Of a DNA stretch of 64,000 bases, positions 24,615 through 38,343 are shown in pieces; position 1 is the first letter of the stretch, and every line of letters begins with the position of its first letter. Under the pieces are notes generated by a model. That model had not been told where the DNA came from and ran no database searches. It saw only the letters and a list, made by a program, of their open reading frames with translations. Location: the NCBI RefSeq assembly GCF_006345805.1, contig NC_042998.1, positions 97,898,001-97,962,000 of the forward strand, in the 5' to 3' direction. This DNA comes from Octopus sinensis (lineage: Eukaryota). The position numbers were made by a program, and so were the translations under genes.

Positions 24615-25428
24615 GTTATTAAAAATTATTTATAAACCTATACATTTAAAACTATTTACTGTTAGATCAATGACACTAGTAAATAAAAGCAGAGAAATCC
24701 ACCATGTAAACACTGCAATGCTATTTGCATGCTTCTTACATATTCTGAACTTGTAATAAACTGTACGCAAATTACTGTAGTGTATAGTGATTGTCGAGAA
24801 AGCGGATGTAGAAAGCGGAATTTCGAAAGTGTCAAGAATGTTGCGTATATTAGGTGCTATAAATATATCGTGATAGCGAAACAGTTCTTCAGCTGAGTTC
24901 GGAAACACAGATATGAAAATTACTTCCGTCAAGAAGCCATTATTATTTAATGCGTATGAAGTACCAGCATAAGTACCATTAATTAAGATACAAGATTGAA
25001 TGCTTCAAGAAATCCATAACTTAGATACAAAGACAAGTGTTATGACATTGAAAACCTATAACAGAAAATAAGGCAGGCGATCAGCAATATAAAATCAAAA
25101 TGTATAACTTTACGATTTCAGATAGTTAACTGTCATATAAAACTTTATGAACAACAACGGGGAAAAGTCGTATATACTAAGCGAAAAGTCCTGTTATAGT
25201 TGTAGTGTCTGTCCACTACATAATTAGGGCTTCGGTGTACACTGGTCAGTTGGTGACGACCTGTAAGAATTTCTTTTGTATTATACAGTTTCTACCTACT
25301 CCTGCATGCAAAGGTGTAGTAATGTTCTAAATGGAATGAGCACATAAAGGCTCCATGATACATACCAAACAGTTTTTATATTAATGCAAAATATTGTAAT
25401 ATACGTAATATACATATGATATATTACG

Positions 25429-25459
<31 letters not shown>

Positions 25460-26054
25460 CGTAATTGTATTCTACATTCATTAATTTCATGTTTCAGTAA
25501 TGATCTCATTATATATGAAACTTACAACTACTGATATAGGTGTGACGTGAAAAAGACGAAACTCCAGTGTCGAGAAGTTATGACGTCAGAGTTTGTTTTG
25601 GTTCTCTAGATGTCAGCGACCACCAACATACCACAGGAAATTGCGCAGACAGTTCAAAAGTACAGCAGCGTGATCAAATAAAGTAATGATTCCAGAAAGT
25701 TTTTCCAAGGTCACGCGATTAACAGAAAGAGCAAAAGAAGGGGATGGGGATTCGCCTTTTGTTGCACAGGTGAACTACAGTTTAAAAAACATTGTTGAAA
25801 AGGTACCAATTTTCAAAACTGTGCTCGTGCGGAGCAGTTGCCCCCCCCTTCTTCCCATATTAGCTACTCCACTTCCTGTAGGTATATATATATAATGCAT
25901 ATAGTTGCTATATTTGTAAACAACTCAATCTCGATGTATAAATATCAATAATAGTAACAATTTCTTTGCAGGGCCCAGTTTCGATCTACAGACATCTCGG
26001 TTATGGACTAAGTATGCTTCCATTGTACCACTCAGCTCATTGAGAGAGTTTAAG

Positions 26055-26090
<36 letters not shown>

Positions 26091-26729
26091 TAAATGAAAT
26101 AAAACATATGCATATATATAAACATATATGTACGTACCTACCTCTACATGTACATATACACGCATATATGAGTACAGGACACCAAAGGGACGTCGAACAC
26201 AAAGAGAAACGAAAACATAGACACAAACCAAAGGAACTGGACATTTTTTTAAAAACAACAAAAAAAATGGAGTACAGGACAATTAACACAAAGAAAAAAA
26301 CCCTTCTTCAGTCGCTATGGTTTCATCTACTCTACGTTTCGAAGGATAAAAGCGAGACGTATCTTCGACAAGAAACTTTCCTTCCTGCGAAAAGCAAATC
26401 AATTAAAATTCTGAGATCTTTTCGTAGAGGGGTAAAAAATGGTAAAAAAATGGTAAAAAAAAACAGGACAGTAACGACAGTACAAAAATATAAACAGTAA
26501 AAGACAGGACAGAGAAAAACAAGATAAGAAGGGCTGTTGACGCCGAACGAAAAAAAGTATTGCAAACGCAGAATTTTTTTGTGAACGACAGGGGAGCAGG
26601 AAGAATGTCGTCCGTTACCTTGAAAGGCCAGGCTAGAAAGACAGTCAGAGCGGAAGTATCGTCGCGGGTGGACGACGGGAAGGGGGGAGGAGGAGCAAGA
26701 GGAAGGGAGAGAAGAAGGGGAATGGCTGC

Positions 26730-26769
<40 letters not shown>

Positions 26770-26770
<1 letters not shown>

Positions 26771-27291
26771 GAGCAAAACGCCCCCCGTCCAATGGACGGT
26801 GTTGAGTTGTCAAACATTTAAACCAAATTTTCTCAAAACAACTTGTCCGACCGTCCCATAGGCCTCCCCTTTGAGAAACACTGATTTAACCTAAATTTGA
26901 GACACCAGCTAAAGAAGAAATAAAGAGAGACTTTTTTCTATTCCAAAGAAAAACGATTTTATTCACATAAATATGCAACCGAAGAGTTTAAAGTACCAGT
27001 AATGAGATAACACAAACATGGTTTAAACAGTAAGCTTGGCTGTAAGCAGTACAAAAACAACAAAAAATGGAAAGTGCAGTTATGTACAGGTTGCCGGAAG
27101 AAAAGCAGGACAAAAACGGCTTTATCGATCGCATTCTCACCTGAAATCAATTTTTGTAATTTTTTCAAAACTTATACACGCCCTGATACCGTCGGTATCT
27201 ACATATCAAATTTGAGCGCAATCGGATGGAGGCTGCCCGAGATCCTAGAAGACACACACACAGACAGACAGAACGGATTTTATATAATAGA
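26770..27291 (-). mobile_element. Non-autonomous Helitron
   Basis: Minus 5' A|TCTATTATATAAAATCC..(TCTG)n; 3' hairpin CCGTCC/GGACGG (26785-26799) then CTCG|T. Confidence 0.65.
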
Positions 27292-27872
27292 TATAATGTA
27301 TTATTTCCTATATAGTTTGTTCTGGATTACATTACATCTATTACATCATCCATCATATATTATTTATTTATTTGTTCATTTATATCTTCAATTATATGCA
27401 TTGAACTTTTTCATATATATGAAATATAATAACTACACAACACGTGCCATTGCACTGGAATGTTAATTTACTTACTGAAAGGAGACATTTTATTCTGCCA
27501 ATACTCTGAGAGCTGCATTTGACAAACCGCATGGATAGATCTATGCGTTGCAAATTTTCTTAGTGTCTTTTTATTACCCATTTTCAGATCAGCCACAAGC
27601 AAATCAATAATTGTTTCCCCAGCGCGGCATAGCCAGCGAGCTTGCAAGTTTATATATTATACATATATTAACAAGAGAAAACAAATGCATTGACTTTGAC
27701 AGGACTTTGCAATAAATATAAAATACATTGAAATCTAACAGCCATATCGAAGGGAGAAGAGTCTCTCTTGAACTTGTGACAGTGTCATTACACGTCATTT
27801 AAAAGTTACAAGCCTTCGCTAGACAACACAAGAAGGTACATGTAATCACGACATAACCTGATAAGCATAAAA

Positions 27873-28051
27873 GAGGTGTAAAGTGTGGTTGTGTAGTAAG
27901 GAGCTTGCTTCCAAACCACATGGTTTCGGGCTCAGTCCCATTGCGTAGCACCTTGGGCAAGTGTCTTCTACTATAACCTCGGGCCGACCAAAGCCTTGTG
28001 AGTGGATTTGATAGACGGAAACTGAAAGAAACCCCCCCTCTCTCTCTCTCG

Positions 28052-28146
<95 letters not shown>

Positions 28147-28365
28147 ATATTTGTGTGTGTGTATGTGTTTGTATCCCCACCATCGCTTGTCAACCGATGC
28201 AGGTGTGCTTATGACTCAGTAACTAGAGGTTCATCAAAAGAGACCGATGGAATAAGTACTAGACTTACAAAGTCTTGGGGTCGATGTCTTCGACTAAAAC
28301 CTTTTAAGGCGGTGCTCCAGCATGGCCGCAATCAAATGACTGAAACAAGTAAAAGAATAAAAGAA
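27873..28365 (+). mobile_element. SINE family B, full length
   Basis: tRNA-like head, CTTGGGCAAGTGTCTTCT, (TA)n centre, AAAAGAATAAAAGA tail. Confidence 0.92.
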
Positions 28366-28689
28366 TGTATGTATGCACATACACACACTCGCATATATAT
28401 GTATATATATATATATATATATACATATATATATAGGTTGTCGTTGACTTACAATCACAATTGGTTCCGACTAATTGATCGTAAATCGGCCTGTAGGCCT
28501 ACATAGCTTTGTTTTATATTTTTACATTCTTAAGGTAAATTCTCAGGCAAAAGTCACACACAGCATTCTGTATTATACAACAGCAGTGTTATTTGTGCAT
28601 AGAAAAGTATCAAAGAATGCAAATACGAGAATTACACAATGTAGTGTAAGAAACAGTTGCAATACTTACATAAAAATTGATTGTAGACT

Positions 28690-30703
28690 GGTGCTTGGCT
28701 GTGGATCTTTGATGACGTTTGCTGAGGAAACAGTAGTAGTAGTCGGAGTTGTTGTTTTTTTTATAAACATGTTAAGCCTTGTCTGAATTATTTGTGTCTT
28801 TTTCTCTTCATGAATTTCATTATACGGACGAAACACATCGTGTGCCACCCGTTCAATCCTTGCAAATCGTTCGATGTTTGGGTCTATTGCTTCAAAGTGT
28901 GCAAGAGGTTTATTCAGTTGAAATAAACCTTCTGATAATCCTTTTGTAGTGAAACTCCTTTCTGGTACCTCCTCTTCTTTCTCTACTTCCCTCCTTTCTC
29001 TTCTTCCCCCCTTTCTTCCTCCATACACTCTTTTACCAATTCAATAAGCTCTTCATTTGTAAGTTCTTCGGATTCTTGGTCTAGCGAATCTTCGATAACT
29101 TTCACTTCACACTCCAAAAGAAGGTCTTTAGCCAGTTTTATTACTTTCATTTCAAATTCATGTTCACTTATAAATCCATCAAAAGTGTCAACAAAGCATT
29201 TTCCAACACAATTTTTCCAGATGGTTTTAAGGCATTTCTTTGTCACAGCCTCTCAGGTGGTAGCGATATTCTCGATACACGTCAGAATATTGTACTTTTT
29301 CCAAAATTCTCGCAGTAATAGTTCTTGGTCGGTGGCTATGGCTTGAGCGAAGGTGGTTCGCAGATAGTTAGCCTTCAGTGTACCAATCGAACCTTGATCC
29401 ATTGGCTGGATGGGTGAAGTCGTGTTCGACAAAAAAATCATCACTTCACGTCGGGATGAAGATGCGATAAATGAGCTGGATGTCCATGCGCATTATCCTG
29501 AGGCAATAAAATCTTGAAAGGAATCCCTTTCTCTAAACAATATCCACGAACTTGAGGAATAAAACAATTTAGAAACCAGTCTTCAAACAGCACTTGTGTC
29601 GTCCATGCTTTAGTCTGAGAACGAAAGTAGACGGGTAATGTGCACTTATCGACATTCTTGAACGCACGCGGGTTTTCTGACTGGTAAATTAAGAAAGCAA
29701 TTGCAGCGTGGAAGGTGTTTATAAGCCATTTAAAAACACACAAAAACCGTTAGATTCACTTCAACATTTAAATTTAATTTGTCAAAATATTTTCGTCGCT
29801 TTCAGCATCTTAGCACGGAATTTTGTAAGTGAAGAGGTCGCGGTTTCAAAGCGACGTTAATATTTTGACAAATTAAATTTAAATGTTGAAGTGAATCTGT
29901 GTTTCTATATGGCTTATAATACATTCCACGCTGCAATTATGTTTGCTTCAGTACACCAACTCAGATCAAGTCCCTTGCTATGCAAGTACATCTCCGTAAA
30001 ATTAAAAAAGGTTTCAGCTTAAACCCTGCAAAGTTCCCGCCAAGCAGCAGAGTCAGCCTATACTTAAATGCTTTAAATCTAGACATGCATTTGGCTTCTT
30101 TGTTAATGTAAGTGCGTCCTGGCATGCGTTTCCAAAACACTCTTGTTTCATCCAAGTTAAAAATCTGCTCTGTTAGATAGCCTTCATCTGTAATTTCGTT
30201 CAAATAGCTAAAACAACTTACCAGTGGCTTCCTTGTCTGCACTCGCCGCTTCTCCAGTCACTCGAACATTATGAAGTTGGAATCTTTCTTTAAATCTTTT
30301 GAACGAGTGAGTACTTGCTAAAAACCCTTGACTGTATTCTTCTTTGGAACTCTCAGACTTCTAGCCTTCGACTGCACAGTAAAAAGACTTAATGGTGTCC
30401 GTTTTTGGATCTGATTTTCAATCCAAATTTGTAGTAATTTTTCTATTTCGTGGATTGGCCCAGTCCGCTGCTTTGTTATAACTGTAGATCGTATGGGTAC
30501 TTAACCTTTCACAGCTTCTTGAATCCTTTCTTTATCCTTCAAAATTGTTGAAACAGTAGAGTGTGATAACTTGCAATCTCATTCGCTTTCTTTCCTCCTT
30601 CGTGCTGTCTAATAACGATCATTTTTGTGTCGAGGTCGATGGCCTTTCTTTGCTTCTTGGCAGTTTGAGGAGCAGATGAAGACAATTTCTTTTTTGTAGA
30701 CAT
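28690..30703 (-). pseudogene. Tigger/pogo transposase (CENP-B HTH and DDE domain), frameshifted
   Basis: ORF track pieces 30539-30751, 29961-30242, 29441-29743, 29253-29444, 28983-29246, 28666-29028. Confidence 0.92.
29699..29995. mobile_element. Palindromic insertion inside the Tigger ORF (PLE terminal-repeat like)
   Basis: Inverted arms AATTGCAGCGTGGAA...TTCCACGCTGCAATT (29699-29938); approximate 14-bp duplication GTAAATTAAGAAAG / GTAAAATTAAAAAAG at the flanks. Confidence 0.8.
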
Positions 30704-30993
30704 TTTAGGGAATATTTTTTGAAAAATATAAAAGTCAAGACACAGTACCACCGGAAGAGTTACACTCTATCGAACCTGGCATTAGTCAAAAATTTCGAAG
30801 TCTCAAACAGTCGCCTTATAAACAATGTCTCCGCGACAGGATATTCATCCAACAGTTGGGATAACCACGGTGGCGACCGATAACCAAACCTAGGGTAAGA
30901 GTTTGTTATCTGACACCAATCGTCGTAAAGTCGATCGGTCGTAAGTCGGATAGGTCGTAAGTTGACGATGACCTGTATATATATGTATGTATG

Positions 30994-31090
<97 letters not shown>

Positions 31091-31664
31091 CAGCCAGCCC
31101 TGATGAACTGAACGAACTTCTTTTAGCAAATATAAAGGGAGTAGAGAGATTCTATGATCAAAATTACCGAATAGCAAGTCTGATTCTTTTAAGGAAATAA
31201 TATGTAATTTATCAATTTCTCGTGTTCGTTGCTTATATAACAGAACTTGATGGTTATGTAAGAAATCACGCTGTCTATAGCAGCCTTAAAAGACATCAAT
31301 GTTCAGTGATGTATGTTATGATAAATGATAGACTACCGCAGTGTTAATTCCTACATCCTTTTTATTATGTAGGTTTGTCTCTATTAATCTTCTGCATTGT
31401 TCTCTTTACTATTGTATACATATACAAGATTAACAGCAGTGCACATAAAGTATAGAATCGATAGAGACAGGTCAGTGACAATTTATTTTCAGTCGTTGTG
31501 TATGAGGTAGCTTTGTCAGTATAAACATCACTATAGAGATCATTGTTTACAATTTCATTTTTAATCTTTTTCATCGGCGTCACAGTAATATTCGCATTTC
31601 TCGTACATATGTTAATAGGTAAAAGAAAAGGGAATTTAGGTTGTTACTGCTGCAACTAGGATGT

Positions 31665-31830
31665 AATGTTAAAAGAATGGTTAGAACGCCGAACTAGATA
31701 CCTTTCAGTATTTAATGTTCTACAGTATTAATCTATCAGAGTTCTGAGTTCAGATCCAGTCGGTATTGGCTTTATCTTTCATCCTTCTTGGATCAATAAG
31801 ATAAGCACGAGTGATATATTGGGTTCAACT
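31665..31830 (+). mobile_element. SINE family A, old copy
   Basis: AGAATGGTTAGAACGCCG, GTTCTGAGTTCAGATCC, CTTTCATCCTT..GGATCAATAAGATAAG. Confidence 0.6.
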
Positions 31831-32472
31831 GTGCTCCATCTCTACAAAGGATGATCTTTTGTTTGATGAGCCTATGAAACTAAAATCCCTTCATGTTGAG
31901 ATGACGACACGGATTCATTTTTCGATTGAAGCCACTTTACTGGTGCACTTAAGGATTTTCAAAAGAGTGTTATTGATACCGAATCTAATAAAGCTTATAT
32001 ATGGAATCATTCAAGAAGCTGGAAGGTGAAGAAATCTGGAATGTAAATGTGTAGTTACGGGCTTTTGTGAATATGTGTTTGAATGTGAATGTGTGTATAT
32101 AAGTAGATGTTTGTGTATGTACTTGCACTTGTGTAATAGGAGCTCATGTCTTTTTTAATGCGTGTGTGTGTGTGTGCATGCATGTGTGATTACCTTTAAT
32201 GTATACCGCATTTACACGATCTATTCTTTAAGTATCGTAAATTTTCAACCTCCCTACAATAATTGAGATTGTTGAGAGAGCAAACACTTATATTACAGTC
32301 TTTTGTTTCGACGTTTTGCATATAAATCCAGTGTCGAGAAAATAATTACTATTAATTTTCTGGAATTGATTCTATCAACTGTATGGCTTTTATGATAAAA
32401 ATTGATTTAATGTTTTTCCAATCAATGATAATTAATATATCTCTAATATTAACATATATAAATAGGCGGAAA

Positions 32473-32900
32473 GGCGCAGGCGTGGTTGTGTGGTAAGAAG
32501 TTTGCTTCCCAACAATACGGTTCCGGGTTCAGTCTCACTATGTTACACTTTCGACAAGTGTCTTCTACTATAGCCTTAGGCCGACCAAAGCCTTGTGAGT
32601 GTATCTGGTAGACGAAAACTGAAAGAAACCCGTCGTATCTACTGATAGATAGATTCGTTTAGATGCGTGTGTATGTGTGTGTGGTGTGTGTGTGTTTGTT
32701 TTTGTCCCCTACCACCGTTTGACAACTGATGTTGGTTTGTCTACGTCCCCGTAACTTAGCGGTTCGGCAAAATGGGACGATAGAATAAGTTGCACAATTC
32801 TTTTTAAAAAGCACTAGGTCGATTTGTTTGATTAAATTCCTCAAGGTGTCCCAGTATGGCTGCAGTCCAATGAAAGAAACAAATAAAAGATGAAAGATAA
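32473..32900 (+). mobile_element. SINE family B, full length
   Basis: GGCGCAGGCGTGGTTGTGTGGTAAG head, GTTCAGTC B-box-like, family B body. Confidence 0.92.
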
Positions 32901-33039
32901 ATGTCGGTTAGTTGATTGGTTGATTTCTTCAGACAAGCTTTACATTGTAATATATGAGTGTGTGTGTGTGTGTGTTTGCATGTGTGTGTGAGTGTGCGTG
33001 TGAGTGTGTGTGCGTGTGTGTATGTGTGTGTAGGAAGTG

Positions 33040-34215
33040 CTCAGCCAACTTTAAAATCCCCTCTTCTATCGCCTCCTCCCCTCCGACCACACCTCCTCCT
33101 ACAAACAGCGAGTGCCCTTCACCATCCGTGATCTCGATCCTCTTCTGCTCTTCCCCACCGCCACCAACCTCATCGTCCGAATACCCCGTACCTCCACCAT
33201 CTATTTCCTTCCCAAAATACAGAAACCTAACAACTCTGGCCGCCCTATCGTTTCTACCTGTAATTGCCCCACCGAACTCATTTCCAAATACTTTGACCGC
33301 ATCCTGTTGCTGCCCTCTCATCCCACATACACGATACTAATCACAACCTTTGGCTCTTCAATTCCTTTTCTTTCCCTCCCGACCCATCACACCTCCTCTT
33401 CACCTTGGACATCAACTCCTTATACACGGTGATTCCCCACAACGACGGTCTCTTAGCTCTCAATACTTCCTCCACCGTCGCCCTTACCCCACACTCAGCA
33501 CCCCCACCCTTCTTCGCCTGGCAGAGCTCGTCCTCGCCCTCAACTGCTTTACGTTCGCTGGGGAAACCTACCAACAGTGTTAGGGGTAGCGATGGAAACG
33601 AGAATGGGCCCCAATTTCGCCAGCCTATTTGTTGGTCACATTGAGGCCCAAGCATTCTCCCAATTCTCCGGACTGACCCCAGAGCTACATAGACAACTGT
33701 ATAGGTGCCACCTCCCTCTCCCGTGAACAACTCAGGAACTTCGTCTCTTTCCTCTCTAACTCCCACCATTCTCTTCAATTCACTTCTCCTATCTCTAACA
33801 CCTCGGTTAATTTCCTTGATATCTCTCTTATCATTGACCACCCCTCCCACCCTCTCACCACCTCCGCCTTCTTCAAAACCACAGATTCCCACCTCTACTT
33901 CAATTTCCCCCCCTCCCATCCCTTCCACACCAAACGGGCCATCCCCTACTCCCAGTTCCTCCGCCTCCGACGCTTGTGCAGCCGGGACCAGGATTTTGAG
34001 ACTCAGTCCCAGTACCTTGCCCGCCTGTTCATGCATTGAGGATACCCCACAACCCTTGTCCAAACCGCCCTTACTCGCACTCGTCGAATCGATCGCACCA
34101 CCGCCCTCCCTCCATTCCCATACCAACCCCCTAACCGCACCCCCTTTCCCCTCCTTTTCCACCCCTCAACCCTATTCCATCGTCGGAGGATCCTACGAGC
34201 CTTTCGTCGTCTCCA
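33040..34215 (+). pseudogene. Penelope-like reverse transcriptase, frameshifted
   Basis: IYFLPKIQKPNNSGRPIVS, LDINSLYTVIPH, LVLALNCFTF, GVAMETRMGPNFA (MGT motif), NFLDISL, SQFLRLRRLCS. Confidence 0.93.
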
Positions 34216-34435
34216 GCTCACTGGTTGTATACGCATTATTTGGGAGAAGACATTTTCACTTTATTTCATAGTTCGTATTCAAAAAGTTTTAAAAAAATTA
34301 ATGACGGAATTACTCTCCGTGTTGATTTTTATATTTTGGAAGTTCGTGTAGTCTTCATTCACCATCACTCTCTCTCTCTCTCACTCATACGTACGTACAT
34401 ACATACATACATACATACATACATACATACATACA

Positions 34436-34640
34436 TTTCTTGAGAAATTAGGCTTCTCAAAACCAGAAAGGAGAAAGCTAATTCGAAGACTACAGATCCA
34501 ATCTATCACTGGAACTGTAAAAATTTGTAAAACTTTCCAGAAGTTTATCATTTAAATATATATGAGCATGTCTAGATATGCAACTATATGCATGAGAATA
34601 CATACATAAAACATACATATCTGCACATACATAGATACAT
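34436..34640 (+). mobile_element. 3' tip of an RLE-type LINE embedded in (CATA)n
   Basis: FLEKLGFSKPERRKLIRRLQIQSITGTVKICKTFQKFII* (stop 34553-34555), short 3' UTR, (CATA)n on both sides. Confidence 0.6.
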
Positions 34641-34705
34641 ACATACATACATACATACATACATACATACATACATACATACATACATACATACATTTAA
34701 AAAAA

Positions 34706-35025
34706 GACTCCGCCGGTTACGACGACGAGGGTCCCAGCTGATACGATCAACGGAACAGCTTGCTCGTGAAATTAACGTGCAAATGGCTGAGCATTCCACA
34801 GACACGTGTACCCTTAACGTAGTTCTCGGGGATAATCAGCGTGACACAGAGAGTGACAAGGCGACCCTTTGAAATACAAGTACAACTCATTTTTGCCAGC
34901 TGAGTGGACTGGAGCAACGTGAAATAAAGTGTCTTGCTCAAGGACACAACGCGTCGCCGGGAATCGAACTCACAACCTTACGATCATGAGCCGAATGCCC
35001 TAACCACTAAGCCACGCGCCCTCAC
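34706..35025 (-). mobile_element. tRNA-derived SINE, family C (CORE-like domain)
   Basis: Minus: TGGCTTAGTGG A box, GTTCGATTCC B box, GTGTCCTTGAGCAAGACACTT; inserted in (CATA)n. Confidence 0.92.
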
Positions 35026-35941
35026 ATACATACATACATACATACATACATACATACATACATACAGGTTAGAAACCAGTTCTTTCTCTATTGGCAAGAA
35101 ATCTTGAAATAAACTGAATAAGGACATACATACATACAATTCATTGTTGGTTATAATACAGTAGCCTTTTGCTCTAAGAATAAATACTGCAGGATTGAAA
35201 AAGGAAGAAAATTAAGCCAGGAATGCACAAAATGAATCTTTACCTACTGAATAAGTGAAACGAATAAATAAGGTTTTAATCTAGTTATTAAGCATCATTA
35301 TTATAGATTTCAAAATCAGAAAAGAGCCTACGAAATATCTTGGTCCGTTTTAAGAACAGCCTACAAGGGGTCGTGAAAGCGAGTGCACTATATGTTCATA
35401 AGAGGCATTAGACATTCCGCAGCATAAAGATAGTTTCATAAATGAGCGTAATGAATTATTAATTAGATTCCCCAGCAAATAGAAAGGGTTTTTCGTTAAA
35501 ATTTCAGTATCCTAGAATTTTTAGGGAGGAGTGCCGGGGGGTTATATTCATCTTCCGTCTTTACCTATTCAACCTTATTTCGTCTAACTTTTCTTTAACT
35601 TAATAATTATTAAGGGATAATTGGAATTAGACCTTGATTAATTATTACTCGGTTAAATTTTACTGGAACTCTGAATGTAAAAGCCAGAACAAATATCACA
35701 AGGCATTAGCCCGATGCTCTAATAATTTTGCTAATCTATCACCATTAAACCTATTTGCAATGTACTGAAAATAAAGACGGTAATGGGAAATAGAGTATTT
35801 TTCAAAGTTTCTATTTTTCTTTCTTCTAATTTCTCTGCTGCCTTTATTTTTCTTACCTCTAGTAATTTTTATTCACTTTTGTCTCCTTCCCCCACCCTCT
35901 CTCACATTCTTTCTAGCCCTCTCTTTCTTTCTGTTTTTATC

Positions 35942-35978
<37 letters not shown>

Positions 35979-36281
35979 GGGTTTATTTAATAATATATGG
36001 TATTCCAAAAGAAATAACAGTGTAATTTGTTATAATATGATATAGTCAAGTCATAAAAACGACAGTTAATATTGTATTAATGACTAAAGAAAAAATATTC
36101 ATGAGATTTTGATATATGAATAAATATACTCTTGTTTTTTTTTTATCTCTTCTCATTGTTAACAGTCTATTGTCTAATACTTTTGAACTTTATTTCGAAA
36201 TATTTATAAGTCCCTTCTCGGAGAAATATGTGACAAATATAATGACATGTCTTTAAAACTATAAACACACAACAAACATAT

Positions 36282-36448
36282 ATACGGTGGGCTTCTACAC
36301 AAATTTCCATCTACCAAATTCACTCACTGATCATTGGTCAGCTCTCAGCTATAATAGAAGACACTTATCCAAGGTGCAGTGCAGTTGGACTGAAACCGAA
36401 ACCATGTCGTTACAAATCTAGCTTCTTAACCCCGCAACCATGCCGGTA
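36282..36448 (-). mobile_element. SINE family B, 5' half
   Basis: AGAAGACACTTATCCAAGG and head region. Confidence 0.75.
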
Positions 36449-36713
36449 TCTATCGGTTTTTGCTCCGTTATCCTTTTCTCCACGCTATCTTTCTTTTTCT
36501 CTTCTTCATCCTTATTCTAGTTATTTTTCTCTAAATAAAACAAACGAGTCGGTAGAACTGCCTGACTATATCCTTAATATCATTTCGTTTTGTTCATGCA
36601 CCTGAAGAACAGTTCGTTGTTTTTGTACAAACAGCATTTTTATTTCGCAGTTTAAGCGATTTAGAAGAGCAGTTTCTGTTCGATAACACAAGAGCTGGTA
36701 ACAAAAATTCGTA

Positions 36714-36774
<61 letters not shown>

Positions 36775-37000
36775 TTATGTTTGTGTGCCTGTGTTTGTCC
36801 CCCCCCCCAACATCGCTTGACAACCGATGCTGATGTGCTTACGTCCCCGTAACTTAGCGGTTCGGCAAAAGAAACCGATAGAATAAGTACTAGGCTTAAA
36901 AAGAATAAGTCCTGGGGACGATTTGCTCGACTAAAGGCGGTGCTCCAGCATGGCCACAGTCAAATGACTGAAACAAATAAAAGACTAAAAGAGTAAAGAG
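36775..37000 (+). mobile_element. SINE family B, 3' half
   Basis: GTCCCCGTAACTTAGCGGTTCGGCAAAAG...AATGACTGAAACAA. Confidence 0.9.
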
Positions 37001-37097
37001 GGCCACTTCAACTAATATTTTCTTCCTATCATTTATTTGCTACATATAATTGTTACACACACAAGCACACACACTCACACACACATACATATATATA

Positions 37098-37511
37098 TAT
37101 TCTTTTACACGTTCAAGTCATTGGACTGCAGCCATGCTGGAGCACCGCCTTAAAGGCTTTCAGTCCAATAAATCGACTCCATAACTTATTTTTTTGTAAG
37201 CCTAGAACTTATTTTATCGGTCTCTTTTGCCAAACCGCTAAGCTGCACGGAAATAAACGCACCAACATCGGCTGTCAAGCGATGGTGGGGTGGAGAAACA
37301 CAGATACAAAGACACTCACTCACACACACACACACACACCACACACACACACACACATATACAACATGCCTTTTTTCAGTTTCCGTCAACCAAATCCATT
37401 CACAAGCCCGGAGCTGTAGTAAAAGACATTTGATCAAGGTGCCACACAGTGGGACTGAACCTGGAACCATGTAGTTAGGAAGCAAACTTCTTATCACACA
37501 GCCACGCCTGT
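37098..37511 (-). mobile_element. SINE family B, full length
   Basis: All family B blocks in reverse orientation. Confidence 0.9.
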
Positions 37512-37833
37512 GACTATATTTGTGTAATTAAACATAAAAATTGCGAAGGGAAATAGATAACTCGAATGAGCTAATGATATGAATTTAGATAATTAAAATT
37601 AAAATGCAGTGTACTGAATAGGTTTCTCAATAAATTCCTAAATTATGGCGGTAACAGTCAACGACCCCCAAAGAAAAATGGAGATGATTTCGGAATTTGT
37701 GAACAATTACCGCTACGTTTTTGCTTCCTTTCTCCTATCTAGTAGTAAATTTCAATAAACGAAGAATTCATTGTATACTTCATTCGGTATGTCGCCTTGT
37801 AACTGAAACATTTTTGTATGGGTTTTATAAGTA

Positions 37834-38343
37834 CCGTAAATCCTCGAGTATAGTCCGCCCTTGAGTATAATACGCAGGGGATTTTTAGGGGGCTGTACCT
37901 CTGAAAACCTAAACCTTGTGTATAATACGCACCCTTTCTCTAACTTGAGTCAAGGAGGTCTATATAACGTCATTGGTTTGTAAAAATATATACGGTAACG
38001 TCCTTTATTATTATTGCACATATAACAATGCAAACGTGTAGCTTTTTTGTGCATTTTGTTTGCAGAAAATAAAGAAATAACAGTAATAACGTTTAATAAA
38101 TGTTGCTTACTGCAAGTTATGGATGATTCTTTTAAGGTTTTATTGCTTTCAGGCTTAGCTTAAGGTATTTTCGCGCCCGACATCACAAAATGCGTCTGAA
38201 TAAACATTGCCGGACAGCAAATAGAGACTCGGACATTGCTTAGAAAATAATTTTCGTTTTTAACCTCGTATATAGTACGCACTAGGGATTTTGACTTTTA
38301 AATTTTGGGGGAAAAAATGCGGATTATACTCAAGGATTTACGG
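37834..38343. mobile_element. pogo/Tc1-type MITE (510 bp)
   Basis: TA flanks; TIR CCGTAAATCCTCGAGTATAGTCCGC and its counterpart GCGGATTATACTCAAGGATTTACGG. Confidence 0.9.

Larger units (their letters stand above)
28434..30975 (-). mobile_element. Full-length decayed Tigger/pogo DNA transposon
   Basis: TIRs TAGGTTGTCGTTGACTTAC (28434) and minus CAGGTCATCGTCAACTTAC (30975), TA flanks; HTH KQRKAIDLDTKM, FNLDETRVFWKRMP, QDNAHGHP, IQPMDQG. Confidence 0.93.

Noticed and set aside
33341-34271. 273-aa G/E-rich and 188-aa S/P-rich ORFs
   Set aside because: Alternative frames of the C-rich Penelope RT region
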